DNA from: Auanema rhodensis
Taxonomy: Eukaryota > Animalia > Nematoda
DNA length: 64,000 nucleotides
Reading direction: 5' to 3'
Assembly: GCA_964057225.1 (NCBI GenBank)
Contig: OZ059894.1
Coordinates: 16,802,001-16,866,000, forward strand
Shown: positions 63,037 to 64,000 of the stretch, piece after piece
Numbering within the stretch: the stretch's first letter is position 1
Layout of the letters: every line of letters starts with the position of its first letter
The notes under the pieces: model-generated
Told to the model about the DNA's origin: nothing
Databases searched by the model: none
What the model saw: only the letters and a program-made list of their open reading frames with translations
Program-made: the position numbers and the translations under genes

Positions 63037-64000
63037 GTCATAGAATTTATAAATAACGTAAAACAGCACGTTGAATAGTGAGTAAGTGTACAAAAATAGA
63101 ACAAAATTGCACAAGTTTCAATATAATTATACATAGAACGTTATTCTAGATGAAGAAATCGATGTGACTCATGGGGCATGTAGAGAATTTGTGAGAGAGA
63201 AGAAGAGAAGAGAACAATAACACGTGATGTCAAAGCAATTGACACGTGATCAGTGAATGGATATACATATGTGTTCACTAGGCATAGGATTCTCCTATCC
63301 TCGATATACCCACCGGCTATATTAACTGCAGGTCCACAACCACAAAGCATTGCCTTATTTGATTAACTTTGTAACAAGTTAAGTTACGGAGGAAGCAGAA
63401 AGTAAAGCAGTTGCAACAGACGAAGTAGGTAAGCTTACTACAATTGGAGTCTAGATTTGTGGGTTGCCCAGCAACTCCAACACTTGCACATGTTTTGCTC
63501 TTTGCTTTTTTTGTTATTAGAGGAATAGTTAGAGTAGTTTAAAATCTATTGTATTATACTTGATCTTTATTCACTTTAACGGTAGATGTTTGTTACCATT
63601 GTTAAACAGTTAGTATTGACAGAGAGAACTTTTCGCGTTACAAGTGATGGACTCGATTGTTCGATAACTTAGATCATATTGAATGAAAAAAAGCTATTCT
63701 TCATTCTTTTTATAACTTTTCAAGCTTGAATAGCATGAAATATACAGGGAAATGTGGTAAAAAAACATAATTATATAATCATATAGTTAATTCTAGTTAG
63801 ATTATATCAAAATATTAAAATATAATAGCACGTGTTATAGTCGTCAGGGAAGAAGAAATCGATGAAACACATTGTGTAGGGGAAGGATGGTGTTGGTCTA
63901 GTAGTGAGGAGGGCTTGACAACAGAGAAAGAGAGCAAAAACATATAAACAGGGAAAACGGCACATTGGTTTCCATCTGGCTTCTTGCACCCAAGACTTTG

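Noticed and set aside
63141-63989. Minus-strand ORFs 63141-63350 and 63807-63989
   Set aside because: No ATG or splice support; the region looks regulatory (several CACGTG, GA-rich tracts) and cannot be resolved at the window edge.

Overview
Eukaryotic, AT-rich DNA with ~45-55 nt introns and TTTCAG-type acceptors directly before several start codons, i.e. a compact nematode genome (rhr-1, ground-like and CAP/SCP-like genes are close to C. elegans types). I spliced the genes by hand. Left to right: the 5' part of a secreted Cys-rich gene (-); a tight same-strand trio Sec61-gamma / phosphomevalonate kinase / CNDP2-type dipeptidase (operon candidate); three tandem CAP (SCP/TAPS) genes; a secreted GCC2/EGF-repeat gene (-); a small 4-TM gene (-); a decayed inverted paralog of the Zn-knuckle gene; a small secreted precursor with a furin-flanked cationic amphipathic peptide; a large low-complexity gene ending in a BEL/Pao-Gag-like Zn-knuckle cluster (-); a class 3 lipase; a small hypothetical gene (-); a ground-like gene (-); rhr-1 (-) with two putative extra upstream exons; and an evectin/PLEKHB-like PH gene (-). 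The main oddity is the middle CAP gene: ~4,316 aa, with one 12,341-bp exon carrying 26 copies of a ~70-80 aa domain I do not recognise, plus acidic Tyr-rich and Gly-rich tracts. Its neighbour has the same exon skeleton but a basic/KPES payload. No tRNA, rRNA, CRISPR array or intact transposon was seen. All family assignments are from motif recognition, not database searches.
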